Assembly (NCBI RefSeq): GCF_003918875.1
Contig: NW_025765570.1
Coordinates: 806,001-870,000 of the forward strand
Reading direction: 5' to 3'
DNA: 64,000 bases
Origin: Haliotis rubra
Lineage: Eukaryota
The notes under the pieces were generated by a model. It was given only the letters and a program-made list of their open reading frames with translations. It was not told the DNA's origin and searched no databases. The position numbers and the translations under genes were made by a program. Position 1 is the first letter of the stretch, and the number at the start of each line of letters is the position of its first letter. Below are positions 37,380 through 49,330 of the stretch, piece by piece.

Positions 37380-40300
37380 ACATATTTGGTGGGGACAAAG
37401 TTCTATAACACTGAGTTGGGACAAAGTTCTGTAACTCGGTTGGGACAAAGCTCTATAACATTGGGCTTGAGAAAGGGCTGTAACATGGGGTTGAGACAAG
37501 GTTCTGTAACACTGGGTTGGGACAAAGTTCTGTAACACATGGTTAGGACAAAGGGCTGTAACACTGAGTTGGAACAGTTCTGTAACACAGGGCTGGACAA
37601 AGTGCTGTAACTATGGGTTCGACAAAGATCTGTAACACTGGGTTTGGACAAGGTTCTGCAACACTGGGTTGGGACAAAGTTCTGCAACACTGGGTTGGGA
37701 CAAAGTTCTGCAACACGCGGTCGGGACAAAGTTCTGCAACACGGGGTTGGGACAAAGTTCTGCAACACGGGGTTGGGACAAAGTTCTGCAAAATACGGGG
37801 TTGGGACAAAGGGCTGTAACACGGGGTTGGGACAAAGATTTTTGACACGGGTTTTGGACAAAGGACTGTAACACGGGGGTTGTGACAAGGTTCTGTAACA
37901 TGGGGTTGGGACGAAGTTCTGTAACACGGGGTTGGGACAAAGGGCTGTAACACGGGGTTGGGACAAAGTTTTTTGACACGGGTTTTGGACAAAGGACTGT
38001 AACACGGGGGTTGTGACAAGGTTCTGTAACATGGGGTTGGGACAAGATTCTGTAACACGAGGTTTGGACAAAGGACTGTAACACGGGGTTTGGACAAGGT
38101 TCTGTAACATGGGGTTGGGACGAAGTTCTGTAACACGGGGTTGGGACAAAGGGCTGTAACACGAGGTTGGGACAAAGGACTGTAACACTGGGTTGGGACA
38201 TAAGGGCTGTAACCCGGGGTTGGGACAAGGTTCTGTAACAATGAGCTGGACAAAGTTCTGTAACACGGGGTTGGACAAAGTTCTGTAACATGGGGTTGGG
38301 ACAAGGTTCTGTAACACGGGGTTGGGACAAAGGGTTGAAACACAGGGTTGGGACAAAGTTCTGTAACACGGGGTTGGGACAAGGTTCTGTAACATGGGGT
38401 TGGGACGAAGTTCTGTAACACGTGGTTGGGACATAGTTTATGTGACACGTAGTTGGGACGAAGTTCTGTAACACAGGTTTGGGACAAAGTTCTGTAACAC
38501 GGGGTTGGGACAAAGGGTTGAAACACGGGGTTGGGACAAAGGGTTGTACCATGGGGTTGGGACAAAGGGCTGTAACTTGGGGTTCGGACAAAGATCTGTA
38601 ACACTTGGTTGGGACAAAGTTCTGTAACACTGGGTTGTGACAAGGTTCTGCAACACGGGGTTGGGACAAAGGGCTGTAACACGGGGTTGGGACAAAGTTC
38701 TGTAACATTGGTTTGGGACAAAGTTCTGCAACACGGGGTTGGGACAAAGGGCTGTAACACGGGGTTGGGACAAAGTTCTGTAACATTGGTTTGGGACAAA
38801 GTTCTGCAACACGGGGTTGGGACAAAGGGCTGTAACACGGGGTTGGGACAAAGGGCTGTGACAAAGGGCTGTAACACTGGGTTGGGACAAAGTACTGTAA
38901 CATTGGTTTGGGATAAAGTTCTGCAACACGGGGTTGGGACAAAGGGTTAAAACACGGGGTTGGGACAAAGTTCTGTGACACGGGGTTGGGACAAATTTGT
39001 GTGACATGGGGTTGGGACAAATGAATGTAACACGGGGTTGGACAAAGTTCTGTGACACGGGGTTGGGACAAAGGACTGTAACACGGGGTTGGGACAAGGT
39101 TCTGTAACATGGGGTTGGGACGAAGTTCTGCAACACGGGGTTGGGACATAGTTCTGTGACACGTAGTTGGGACGAAGTTCTGTAACACGGGGTTGGGACA
39201 AGGTTCTATGACACAGGGTTGGGACAAAGGACAGTAACATGGGGTTGGGACAAAGCTCTGTAACACGGGGTTGGGACAAAGGAGTGTAACACGGGGTTAG
39301 GGACAAGGTTCTGTAACACGGGGTTGGGACAAAGGGTTGAAACACGGGGTTGGGACAAAGGGTTGTACCATGGGGTTGGGACAAAGGGCTGTAACTTTGG
39401 GTTCGGACAAAGATCTGTAACACTCGGTTGGGACAAAGTTCTGTAACACTGGGTTGTGACAAGGTTCTGCAACACGGGGTTGGGACAAAGGGCTGTAACA
39501 CGGGGTTGGGACAAAGGGCTTTCACACTGGGTTGGGACAAGGTTCTGTAACACGGGGTTGGGACAAAGGGTTAAAACACGGGGTTGGGACAAAGTTCTGT
39601 GACACGGGGTTGGGACAAAGTTGTGTGACATGGGGTTGGGACAAATGAATGTAACACGGGGTTGGACAAAGTTCTGTGACACGTAGTTGGGACGAAGTTC
39701 TGTAACACGGGGTTGGGACAAGGTTCTATGACACAGGGTTGGGACAAAGGACAGTAACATGGGGTTGGGACAAAGCTCTGTGACACGGGGTTGGGACAAA
39801 GGAGTGTAACACGGGGTTAGGGACAAGGTTCTGTAACATGGGGTTGGGACGAAGTTCTGTAACACGTGGTTGGGACATAGTTCTGTGACACGTAGTTTGG
39901 ACAAAGTTCTGTAACACAGGGTTGGACAAAGTACTGTAACACGGGTTTGGGACAAGGTTCTGTAACACGGGGTTGGGACAAAGGGTTGAAACACGGGGTT
40001 GGGACAAAGGACTGTAATATGGGGTTGGGACAAAGGACTGTAACATGGGGTTTGGACACAGATCTGTAACACTCGGTTGGGACAAAGTTCTGTAACACGG
40101 GGTTGTGACAAGGTTCTGTAACACTGTACTGGGACAAAGTTCTGCAACACGGGGTTGTGACAAGGTTCTGCAACATTGGTTTGGGACAAAGTTCTGCAAC
40201 ACGGGGTTGGGACAAAGGGCTGTAACACGGGGTTGGGACAAAGGGCTGTAACACGGGGTTTGGACAAGGTTCTGTAACAATGGGTTCGACAAAGTTTTGT

Positions 40301-43300
40301 AACATTGGGTTGGACAAAGGGCTGTAACACTGGGTTTGGACAAAGTTCTGTAACACGGGGCAGGGACAAAGGGTTAAAACACGGGCTTGGGACAAAGTTC
40401 TCTGACACGGGGTTGGGACAAAGGAGTGTAACACGGGGTTAGGGACAAGGTTCTGTAACATGGGGTTGGGACGAAGTTCTGTAACACGTGGTTGGGACAT
40501 AGTTCTGTGACACGTAGTTTGGTACAAAGTTCTGTAACACAGGGTTGGACAAAGTACTGTAACACGGGGTTGGGACAAGGTTCTGTAACACGGGGTTGGG
40601 ACAAAGGGTTGAAACACGGGGTTGGGACAAAGGACTGTAATATGGGGTTGGGACAAAGGACTGTAACATGGGGTTTGGACAAAGATCTGTAACACTCGGT
40701 TGGGACAAAGTTCTGTAACACGGGGTTGTGACAAGGTTCTGTAACACTGTACTGGGACAAAGTTCTGCAACACGGGGTTGTGACAAGGTTCTGCAACATT
40801 GGTTTGGGACAAAGTTCTGCAACACGGGGTTGGGACAAAGGGCTGTAACACGGGGTTGGGACAAAGGGCTGTAACACGGGGTTTGGACAAGGTTCTGTAA
40901 CAATGGGTTCGACAAAGTTTTGTAACATTGGGTTGGACAAAGGGCTGTAACACTGGGTTTGGACAAAGTTCTGTAACACGGGGCAGGGACAAAGGGTTAA
41001 AACACGGGGTTGGGACAAAGTTCTCTGACACGGGGTTGGGACAAACTGGTGACATGGGGTTGGGACAAATGAATGTAACACAGGGTTGGACAAAGTTCTG
41101 TGACACGGGGTTGGGACAAAGGACTGTAACACGGGGTTGAGACAAGGTTCTATGACACAGGGTTGGGACAAAGGACAGTAACATGGGGTTGGGACAAAGC
41201 TCTGTGACACGGGGTTGGGACAAAGGAGTGTAACACGGGGTTGGGACAAGGTTCTGTAACATGGGGTTGGGACGAAGTTCTGTAACACGTGGTTGGGACA
41301 TAGTTCTATGACACGTAGTTGGGACGAAGTTCTGTAAGACGGGGTTGGGACGAAGTTCTGTAACACGGGGTTGGGACAAGGTCTGTAACACAGGGTTGGG
41401 ACAAAGGACAACAGGGGTTGGGACAAAGGGTTGAAACACGGGGTTGGGACAAAGGACTGTAACATGGGGTTGGGACAAAGGGCTGTAACTTGGGGTTTGG
41501 ACAAAGATCTGTAACACTCGGTTTCGACAAATTTCTGTAACACTGGGTTGTGACAAGGTTCTATATCACTGTACTGGGACAAAGTTCTGCAACACGGGGT
41601 TGTGACAAGGTTCTGTAACACGGGGTTGGGACAAAGGGTTGAAACACGGGGTTGGGACAAAGGACTGTAACATGGGGTTTGGACAAAGGGCTGTAACTTG
41701 GGGTTTGGACAAAGATCTGTAACACTCGGTTTCGACAAATTTCTGTGGGTTGTGACAAGGTTCTGTGACAAGGTTGGGACAAAGTATGCAACACCGGGTT
41801 GGGACAAAGTTCTGCAACACGGGGTTGGGACAAGGTTCTGTAACATTGGTTTGGGACAAAGTTCTGCAACACTGGGTTGGGCAAAGGGCTGTAACACGGG
41901 GTTGGGACGAAGGGCTGTAACACGGGGTTGGGACGAAGGGCTGTAACACGGGGTTGGGACAAGGTTCTGTAACTATGGGTTGGACATAGTTCTGTAACAC
42001 AGGGTTGGACAAAGGTCCATGACACCGGGTTGGGACAAAGGACTGTAACACGGGGTTGGGACAAGGTTCTGTAACATGGGGTTGGGACGAAGTTCTGTAA
42101 CACGGGGTTGGGACAAAGGGTTGAAACACGGGGTTGGGACAAAGGACTGTAACACAGGGGTTGGGACAAAGGGCTGTAATTTGGGGTTCGGACAAAGATC
42201 TGTAGCACTCGGTTGGGACAAAGTTCTGTGACACGGGGTTGGGACAAGGTTCTGCAACATTGGTTTGGGACAAGGTTCTGCAACACGGGGTTGGGACAAA
42301 GGGCTGTAACACAGGTTTGGGACAAAGGGCTGTAACACGGGTTGGGACAAGGTTCTGTAACAATGGGTTGGACAAAGTTCTGTAACATTGGGTTGGACAA
42401 AGGGCTGTAACACTGGGTTGGGACAAGGTTCTGTAACACGGGGTTGGGACAAAGGGTTAAAACACGGGGTTGGGACAAAGTTCTGTGACACGGGGTTGGG
42501 ACAAAGGACTGTAACACGGGGTTGGGACAAGGTTCTGTAACACGGGGTTGGGACAAAGGTTTGAAACGCGGGGTTGGGACAAAGGGCTGTAACATGCGGT
42601 TGGGACATAAGGGCTGTAACACGTAGTTGGGACGAAGTTCTGTAACACGGGGTTGGGACAAGGTTTCTCTTAACACTGGGTTGGGACAAGGTTCTGTAAC
42701 ACGGGATTGGGACAAAGGGTTAAAACACGGGGTTGGGACAAAGTTCTGTGACACGGGGTTGGGACAAATGAATGTAACACGAGGTCGGACAAAGTTCTTT
42801 GACGCGGGGTTGGGACAAAGGACTGTAACACGGGGTTGGGACAAGGTTCCGTAACATGGGTTGGGACGAAGTTCTGTGACACGTAGTTGGGACGAAGTTC
42901 TGTAACACGGGGTTGGGACAAGGTTCTGTAACACGGGGTTGGGACAAAGGTTTGAAACGCGGGGTTGGGACAAAGGGCTGTAACATGCGGTTGGGACATA
43001 AGGGCTGTAACATGGGGTTCGGACAAAGATCTGTATCACTCGGTTGGGACAAAGTTCTGTAACACTGGGTTGTGACAAGGTTCTGTAAGACTGGATTGGG
43101 ACAAAGTTCTGCAACACGGGGTTGGGACAAGGTTTTGCATAATTGGTTTGGGACAAAGTTCTGCAACACGGGGTTGGGACAAAGGGCTGTAACACAGGGT
43201 TGGGACAAAGGGCTGTAACACTCGGTTGGGACAAGGTTCTGTAACAATGGGTTGGACAAAATTCTGTAACACGGGGTTGGACAAAGTTCTGTAACACGGG

Positions 43301-43380
43301 GTTGGGACAAAGAGCTTTAATATGGAGTGGGAGTAAAGTTCTGCAATATGGGGTTGAGAAAATGGGCTGGGACAAAGATG
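37380..43380. repeat. ~26-bp G-rich satellite (CTGTAACACGGGGTTGGGACAAAGTT), about 230 units, with higher-order blocks; intronic
   Basis: 6-kb tandem array; variant-unit order recurs (e.g. 39801 vs 40423). Confidence 0.95.
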
Positions 43381-43500
43381 TGTGACAGTGGACTGTGATC
43401 GGCCGCTGACAAACGGCTGCTTCAAGTGTCTCGGGACTGTGACATAGGGGCTTCTGTTTAGTTTCTCTTTGCTATAATACCCCGTCATATAGTCGCTTAC

Positions 43501-43604
43501 CATACAAAGGTCCTGACTTGTACGAGCGTATTCCCTTGGCCGTCTTGAAACCATTGAATGTGTAACAGTTCCCGTATAAATTATTGTAGAACATCGTGAA
43601 GTTC
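43501..43604 (-). CDS. DEG/ENaC coding exon 5 (NFTMFYNNLYGNCYTFNGF...KSGPLYG)
   Basis: tgccag acceptor, G|gtaagc donor; YGNCYTFN signature. Confidence 0.95.
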
Positions 43605-43963
43605 CTGGCAAACACAAAACAACATGTTGCTACTTGCTGTTGTCCCAGCATTGTTGTTATTCACGATAGCTGAAAGACGTTTTATACTTCATTCAATTTA
43701 AGGTGAGCATCTTTCAACATGTATCGTCAGTGTTACGAACAATAACTATGGTAATGTGTACAACCACATGTAAACATGGAACCGTTCCATATGTAAACGT
43801 TCAAGCATTGAACCAAGCTGGATTTGGGTTTGTATGGATATTGAGTTCTTGTTTCCTGGACTTTTTTTTCTATCGCAGGAACAATGAAGCCAAACCTTTG
43901 CAAAAAGCAAATCATCTCAGCAACAGGGGCTCTTGAAATTTAGATCAATTGTATTCTACTCAC

Positions 43964-44163
43964 TTGGCGCCGCAGGTTTCTCCGTTGATGGAGCACGACT
44001 GCAGCATCTCACGGAGTTGGTGGCCCATGGTGAGTCTGGTGCTGATGTTCATCTTGACGAGGGCCATGCTGATCTGATGAGCGGCCACGGACTGCCCCGT
44101 CTCCTTCCCTTCCTCCAGCCATGGCAGTTCTGGTGAGTCATAGAAGGACCCCACGTTCCTCCT
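43964..44163 (-). CDS. DEG/ENaC coding exon 4 (RRNVGSF...MGHQLREMLQSCSINGETCGA)
   Basis: gtgcag acceptor, gtgagt donor; GHqLxxMLxxCxxxGxxC motif. Confidence 0.92.
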
Positions 44164-44227
44164 CTGCACAAACATACACACATGGAGTAAAAACACTGCA
44201 AGAAGGAGCAAGAGTGTGACTCACTTG

Positions 44228-44630
44228 GAGGGGGTCTGCGGGGAGGGATCACGATGGAGGGTTGTGTGGGGGTTAAAGGGGAGGAGTCACGATGGAGGGT
44301 TGTGTGGGGGTTAACGGAGAGCAGGCACGATGGGGGATGTATGTGGGGATGAAACGGCTTGAGTCACGATGGAGGGTTGTGTGTGGGTTAACGGGAGGAG
44401 TCACGATGGAGGGTGTCTGTCCGGATGAAACGGGGTGAGTCACGATGGAGGATGTCTGTGGGGATGAAACGGGGTGAGTCACGATGGACGGTGTCTGTCG
44501 GGATGAAACGGGGTGAGTCACGATGGAGGATGTCTGTGGGGATGAAACGGGGAGGAGTCACGATGGAGGGGGTCTATGGGGTTAACGGAGAGCAGGCACG
44601 ATGTAGGGGGTCTGTGGGGATGAAAGAGGT
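44228..44630. repeat. ~39-bp G-rich tandem repeat (GAGTCACGATGGAGGATGTCTGTGGGGATGAAACGGGGT)
   Basis: Tandem periodicity. Confidence 0.85.
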
Positions 44631-44712
44631 GGATTTCACTCTACGGCTACCCTTACATCCGTCTCCCAGGACCCGGTGAACTACGCTTGCCGGTTATAAA
44701 GTGCCAGCTTAC

Positions 44713-44772
44713 CGAGAAGCTATATAGCCTGTTCACATAGTGCGTACTGACACCGGTTCCATTACATGGCGC
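44713..44772 (-). CDS. DEG/ENaC candidate coding exon 3 (APCNGTGVSTHYVNRLYSFS), symmetric 60-nt exon
   Basis: tgccag acceptor, gtaagc donor, phase 0-0 and open; no homology support, and skipping it also keeps frame. Confidence 0.55.
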
Positions 44773-45414
44773 CTGGCAATTTGTAACAGAAAAAACATAT
44801 TTCAAAGAATTTTGGGTTTGACGAGACAGGGGACACGTTCTACCAACTGGGTCTATGTGAATTGTATCAGTGGGCAGAGGCAATAAAGTGTGGGACAGTA
44901 ACAACACGTCAATCCTGACAACCTGATCCACTGGGACACACACTGATCCGCACGAACCATGTGAGGGTGTGTGTGAGTAAACTAAATGTATACAGCCCAA
45001 ACAATTACATGATATTGACCAGAGTATATATACAGCGTTGATTACATTGATGTGGCTGAGTGTTCAGCGGAGTGATACCATGAAAGAGAGATCCCTCTAG
45101 AGTATATATGTGATGCAGTGCACTTGTTGCAGAGTTGAGGTGATTTTGTAATAATATGTTGTGTAGGTAATACATACAAAATGGTGAAGCGTGTTCCGGG
45201 TACTTCGATGTTGTGGTTGCTTTAATGGAAAGTGTAACTGAATTTGGAAACTTCAAAACAGAAAGTCGCCCATTTACGACATATCAATGTCAGTCATTCG
45301 CTCTCAGTTGTTTTAACTGGGGTTTTTTTTAGCGATGGTTGATTTGTGCAGTCAGAGAAGGACTTCAGTTCAAGAAACTTTGTGCTTGCTTGGGCTGCAG
45401 TACATGCTGACTAA

Positions 45415-46065
45415 TCCCCAGAAGCTACATAGGGATCCCTAGAAGCTACAGAGGAATTCCTAGAAGCTACAGAAGGGATCCCTAGAAGCTACAGAGGAAT
45501 TCCTAGAAACTACAGAGGAATCCCTAGAAGCTACAGAGGAATTCCTAGAAACTACAGAAGGAATCCCTAGAAGCTACAGAGGAATTCCTAAAAACTACAG
45601 AGGAATCCCTAGAATCTACAGAGGGATTCCTGGAAGCTACAGAGGAATTCCTAGAAGCAACAGAGGAATTCCTAGAAGCAACAGAGGGATTCCTAGCAGC
45701 TGCTGAAGGATCCCTAGAAGTTCAAGAGGGATTCCATGTAGCTGCTGAATAATCATTACAAACTACAGAGGGATCCCTAGCAGCTGCAGAAGGCTTCCAA
45801 GTAGCTGCTGAAGGATCCCTAGAAGTTCCAGAGGGATTCCATGTTGCTGCTGAATAATCATTACAAACTACAGAGGGATCCCTAGTAGCTGCTGAATAAT
45901 CCCTAGAAGCTACAGAGGAATTCATAGAAGTTGCAGAGGGATTCCTAGAAGCTACAGAGGAATTCATAGAAGTTGCAGAGGGATTCCAAGTAGCTCCTTA
46001 GGGATTCCTAATAGCTGCTGAAGGATCCCTAGTAGCTGCTGTCATATCCCTAGTCCCTGCTGCTT
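45415..46065. repeat. ~21-bp minisatellite (CTAGAAGCTACAGAGGAATTC), intronic
   Basis: Tandem periodicity with indels. Confidence 0.88.
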
Positions 46066-46307
46066 AAGGGTCCCATGGAAACCAAAAATTAAAACACAAC
46101 TCCAACAGGCCAAGCTGCAATGTTTACTAAGCCTGACACGTTGATAATCGTTGGCGAGTCTGGTCTACACAAGTATATATGTGCTGATTTGTACTTAGTG
46201 TTTATTTCATATTTGAGTATTTTAGATCACTTAAGTAATACGTTACATAGGAAGCAACGTAAAATAATTGATCGTACTGCTTGTATTACAATCCGAATGA
46301 TACTCAC

Positions 46308-46922
46308 GTCATAGGGGTCGTTAGTTTGTTGGTCGCCGCTGTAGTCGCCGCTGTAGTCACCGCTGTAGTCGTAATAATTCCCACTGCCGCTCCCACTATA
46401 GTCATTGTAACCACTTCCACTACCGGATCCACTGCCGCTTCCACTTCCGGAACCACTGCCACTGTCACTGCCACTTCCGCTACCGGAACCACTGCCGCTG
46501 CCATCACCACTGCCACTTCCACTTCCGGAACCACTACCACTTCCACTTCCGGAACCACTGCCGCTGCCATCGCCACTTCCACTTCCGGAACCACTGCCGC
46601 TACCATCGCCACTTCCACTTCCGGAACCACTGCCGCTGCCATCGCCACTTCCACTTCCGGAACCACTGCCACTTCCACTTCCGGAACCACTGCCGCTGCT
46701 ATCACCACTCCCATATCCGGAACCACTGCCGCTGCCATAACCACTTCCATATCCGGAACCACTGCCGCTTTCGTCTGCATAAATCACGCCATTGTGTAAC
46801 GCTTCCTCCGTTTTATTCACTATGTTCGCCAGGACCGATCCTCCCTCAGAAAGTTTTGATTGTTTTACAATATTCTTGTTGCATATGGTGACAGCAGGAA
46901 ACTCTAAAGGAGCGTGCAGCAC
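46308..46922 (-). CDS. DEG/ENaC coding exon 2 (VLHAPLEFPAVTICNKN... plus long Ser-Gly tract)
   Basis: ttttag acceptor, GAC|gtgagt donor; FPAVTICNxN post-TM1 signature; 615 nt open, phase 0-0. Confidence 0.9.
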
Positions 46923-47879
46923 CTAAAATTTGGGAAGTACTGTTACTTGTTTTTGAAACCGTGCAATTATTGCTGGTGAGAATCAATCATGGTTGAATTG
47001 ATAAATCAAGATATATATGACACATAGTTTGCCTAATCGAATGTCTGCGAAACTCAAGTTTAAACGTTTTTGTTTGTTTGCTGGGTTTCGACCGCTAGAA
47101 TCAAGGATATTACTAGTTAGATAAACTCCAGCAACCATAGTGTGTTGGGTGGTTGTCAGGTTCAGTAACTTGGATTATTGTGTGTGAGAATACCCCGAAG
47201 GAGGGGATCGTTGTTAACAAATATCAATCATTAGATTTTCTGGTCGAGACTCAGTTTACATATACAGGCTGCTGTCAAAAAACGGAAGCGTTTAACAAAC
47301 GAACACACCAAATGAAGCAAAAGCATACATATATGTTTGTAAGAATGATAACTTGATTCAAACGCATCAGTTTGTGATCGTTATATATAGACTGCTGTCG
47401 AGGAAAACGTCTACCGAAATACATTTTGTCTAATTACTCCACACGGTTAAACAAAGAAATAAATTCGTGATGAATGACAAATGAATTCCATTAAGGTGCA
47501 AAGCTGTAACCCAAAAAATGTTGAGACAATGCGTTTGGCATAAAAAAAGTAAGGCCTCATTAAAACAGCTACCGAGAGGGAGAGCTGTTAGTATGATCAT
47601 CGCGGGCGTCACATATGCCCACATGCTGAGAACATTCGGTTTCACCCATGTTTCCATTACGAGGTAGACGCGGCGTTTAAAGCAGAGTGGTCGGTGATGC
47701 CCATTGATTACCAACACGTCCGTGGGTCGCGGCAGCAACGCGAGAACATGGTGCTCAAGCATATGTCAACCAAAGCGTGGAATGACATAAACCCCACTTT
47801 AGAGTGAGTGAGATCAGTAGTCCCTTCAGCAATATTTCAGCCATATCGTGACCAATATAAACCCCACAATACAACAGGG

Positions 47880-48010
47880 TGGACACGGTCGGCAGGTGGG
47901 AGACTTGGGGCGAGTGCTGTTCTCTGATGTGAGCAGGTTTTGATTGTTTATGAGCTGGTCGTCGGGTGCGTGTGCACAGACGTCAACGCGAACGGGGGCG
48001 TTGTCTGGTT
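47880..48010 (+). mobile_element. Short Tc1-like transposase relic (WGRVLFSDVSRF)
   Basis: Resembles the first catalytic-D motif VLFSDESRF. Confidence 0.45.
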
Positions 48011-48264
48011 ATCATTCAAGTTCATCACTTCAAAGATGTGTGTGATGTTTCGTTCTGCTGCCATTTGTCAGTCAATATCCACCTGGAGATACTACTCAGA
48101 TTGCATAAATGTTTAAACATCCAACATGCTTTTGAATCGTCTCTCCTCGTGTACTTCTGATTCGACGTCAGCTGACGTTACCGTAATGCATTCAGGCCAT
48201 ACAGCATGTTCAACGTATTCGTCTTGGTAACGATCTACAGTTTACTAGAAACGACCAAATCCTT

Positions 48265-48528
48265 TCACCATCCATAGTGATCTACCTTCAGTTGTTGGCG
48301 ATCTATATCACGTTTTTTAAATTGTATTGTCTTTCATAGTTAAGATATTTTAGATTTTCATGCTAGTTTTACAATTATATCTGTGATATTCTAGTTATTT
48401 TTACTGTCCTTTGCCGACAGGTTTTTATAATTTACCAAGATTTATTATGACAATATAACTTGTTTTAGTCACGATATGGCTGAAATAGTGCCGATGTGAC
48501 TTAAAATCCTAACTCACTCACTCACTCC
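48265..48528 (+). mobile_element. Interspersed repeat (family D) with (ACTC)n tail
   Basis: Homologous to 60120-60365 (GTGATCTACCTTCAGTTGTTGGCGATCTATA...GTCACGATATGGCTGAAA). Confidence 0.75.
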
Positions 48529-48588
48529 ACATCCATAAGAAATCTCTGCTAAAAACAGTCAATTGTGAGTGTATCATGAGTATATATA

Positions 48589-49057
48589 CTATCCCAAAAA
48601 AGAAACGCATAGGCGTTTTGTATTTTTTAAAAACTATTAATTACCTTTTGTGTTCAAACAATCGTCAAAATATGTAACAAAAGTGTTCATAACATGATTT
48701 TACACAATTGCACAAGTAAAAAACCGACTTTACCTGAACATGTTGTATTTGATAACATTTCTTACAAGGATTAAAAAGGCATCGCCACAAGGCAACCGAA
48801 ATCACCTTCCAATTGAAATTGTGCAGCAAAGAGCATGCACTGTCTGGCTATAAAAATCCAGATTACTTTCGGAAATCGGCATCGCGCTCAGCGTATCCGT
48901 TATCTAAAATTATCCACTTGGTTGTATAGACATTTCCTTCTTCTAAACCGATGTAGAATTCATGTACTGAAGTCTATTTGTGGACGAGCTATACATGTTT
49001 GAAAATACAACATTTTCGCAACAGATTTCTGGCCTATGCGTTTCTTTTTTGGGATAG
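48589..49057. mobile_element. Tc1/mariner-type MITE, 469 bp
   Basis: Perfect TIR CTATCCCAAAAAAGAAACGCATAGGC with TA target duplication. Confidence 0.92.
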
Positions 49058-49059
49058 TA

Positions 49060-49330
49060 TATTTGTTTCAGCAGTATTACAGCTGTACGACGTTGTTTGT
49101 AAACAAAAGGAAATCTCTGGTAAAGGCAGAGTGTACAGTCTGACTATATCATGAGTATGGATATGTTTCAGCAGTATTACAGCTGTACGATGATGTTTGT
49201 AAACAAGTCGAAATCTCCGGTAAAGGCAGAGTGTACAGTCTGACTATATCATGAGTATGGATTTGTTTGACGCCACATTCATCAGTATCACAGCCATCGG
49301 ACGGGGTCTGTAAACAATTGAATCGGAAAA
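49060..49330. repeat. ~99-bp tandem duplication (2-3 units)
   Basis: TGTTTCAGCAGTATTACAGCTGTACG...GGTAAAGGCAGAGTGTACAGTCTGACTATATCATGAGTATGG repeated. Confidence 0.8.

Noticed and set aside
37403-43375. 400-600 aa Cys/Pro-rich ORFs resembling keratin-associated or metallothionein-like proteins
   Set aside because: Artefact of a 26-bp unit (not a multiple of 3) with few stops on the minus strand; lies inside an intron.
45722-45967. Ser/Ala-rich ORF as an extra channel exon
   Set aside because: Part of a 21-bp minisatellite with stops and indels; no convincing splice sites and not needed for frame.
46281-46799. Thr/Ala/Ser mucin- or antifreeze-like ORF on +, and a Val/Ala-rich ORF on -
   Set aside because: Shadow frames of the Ser-Gly coding repeat; only the SG frame is continuous with FPAVTICN.
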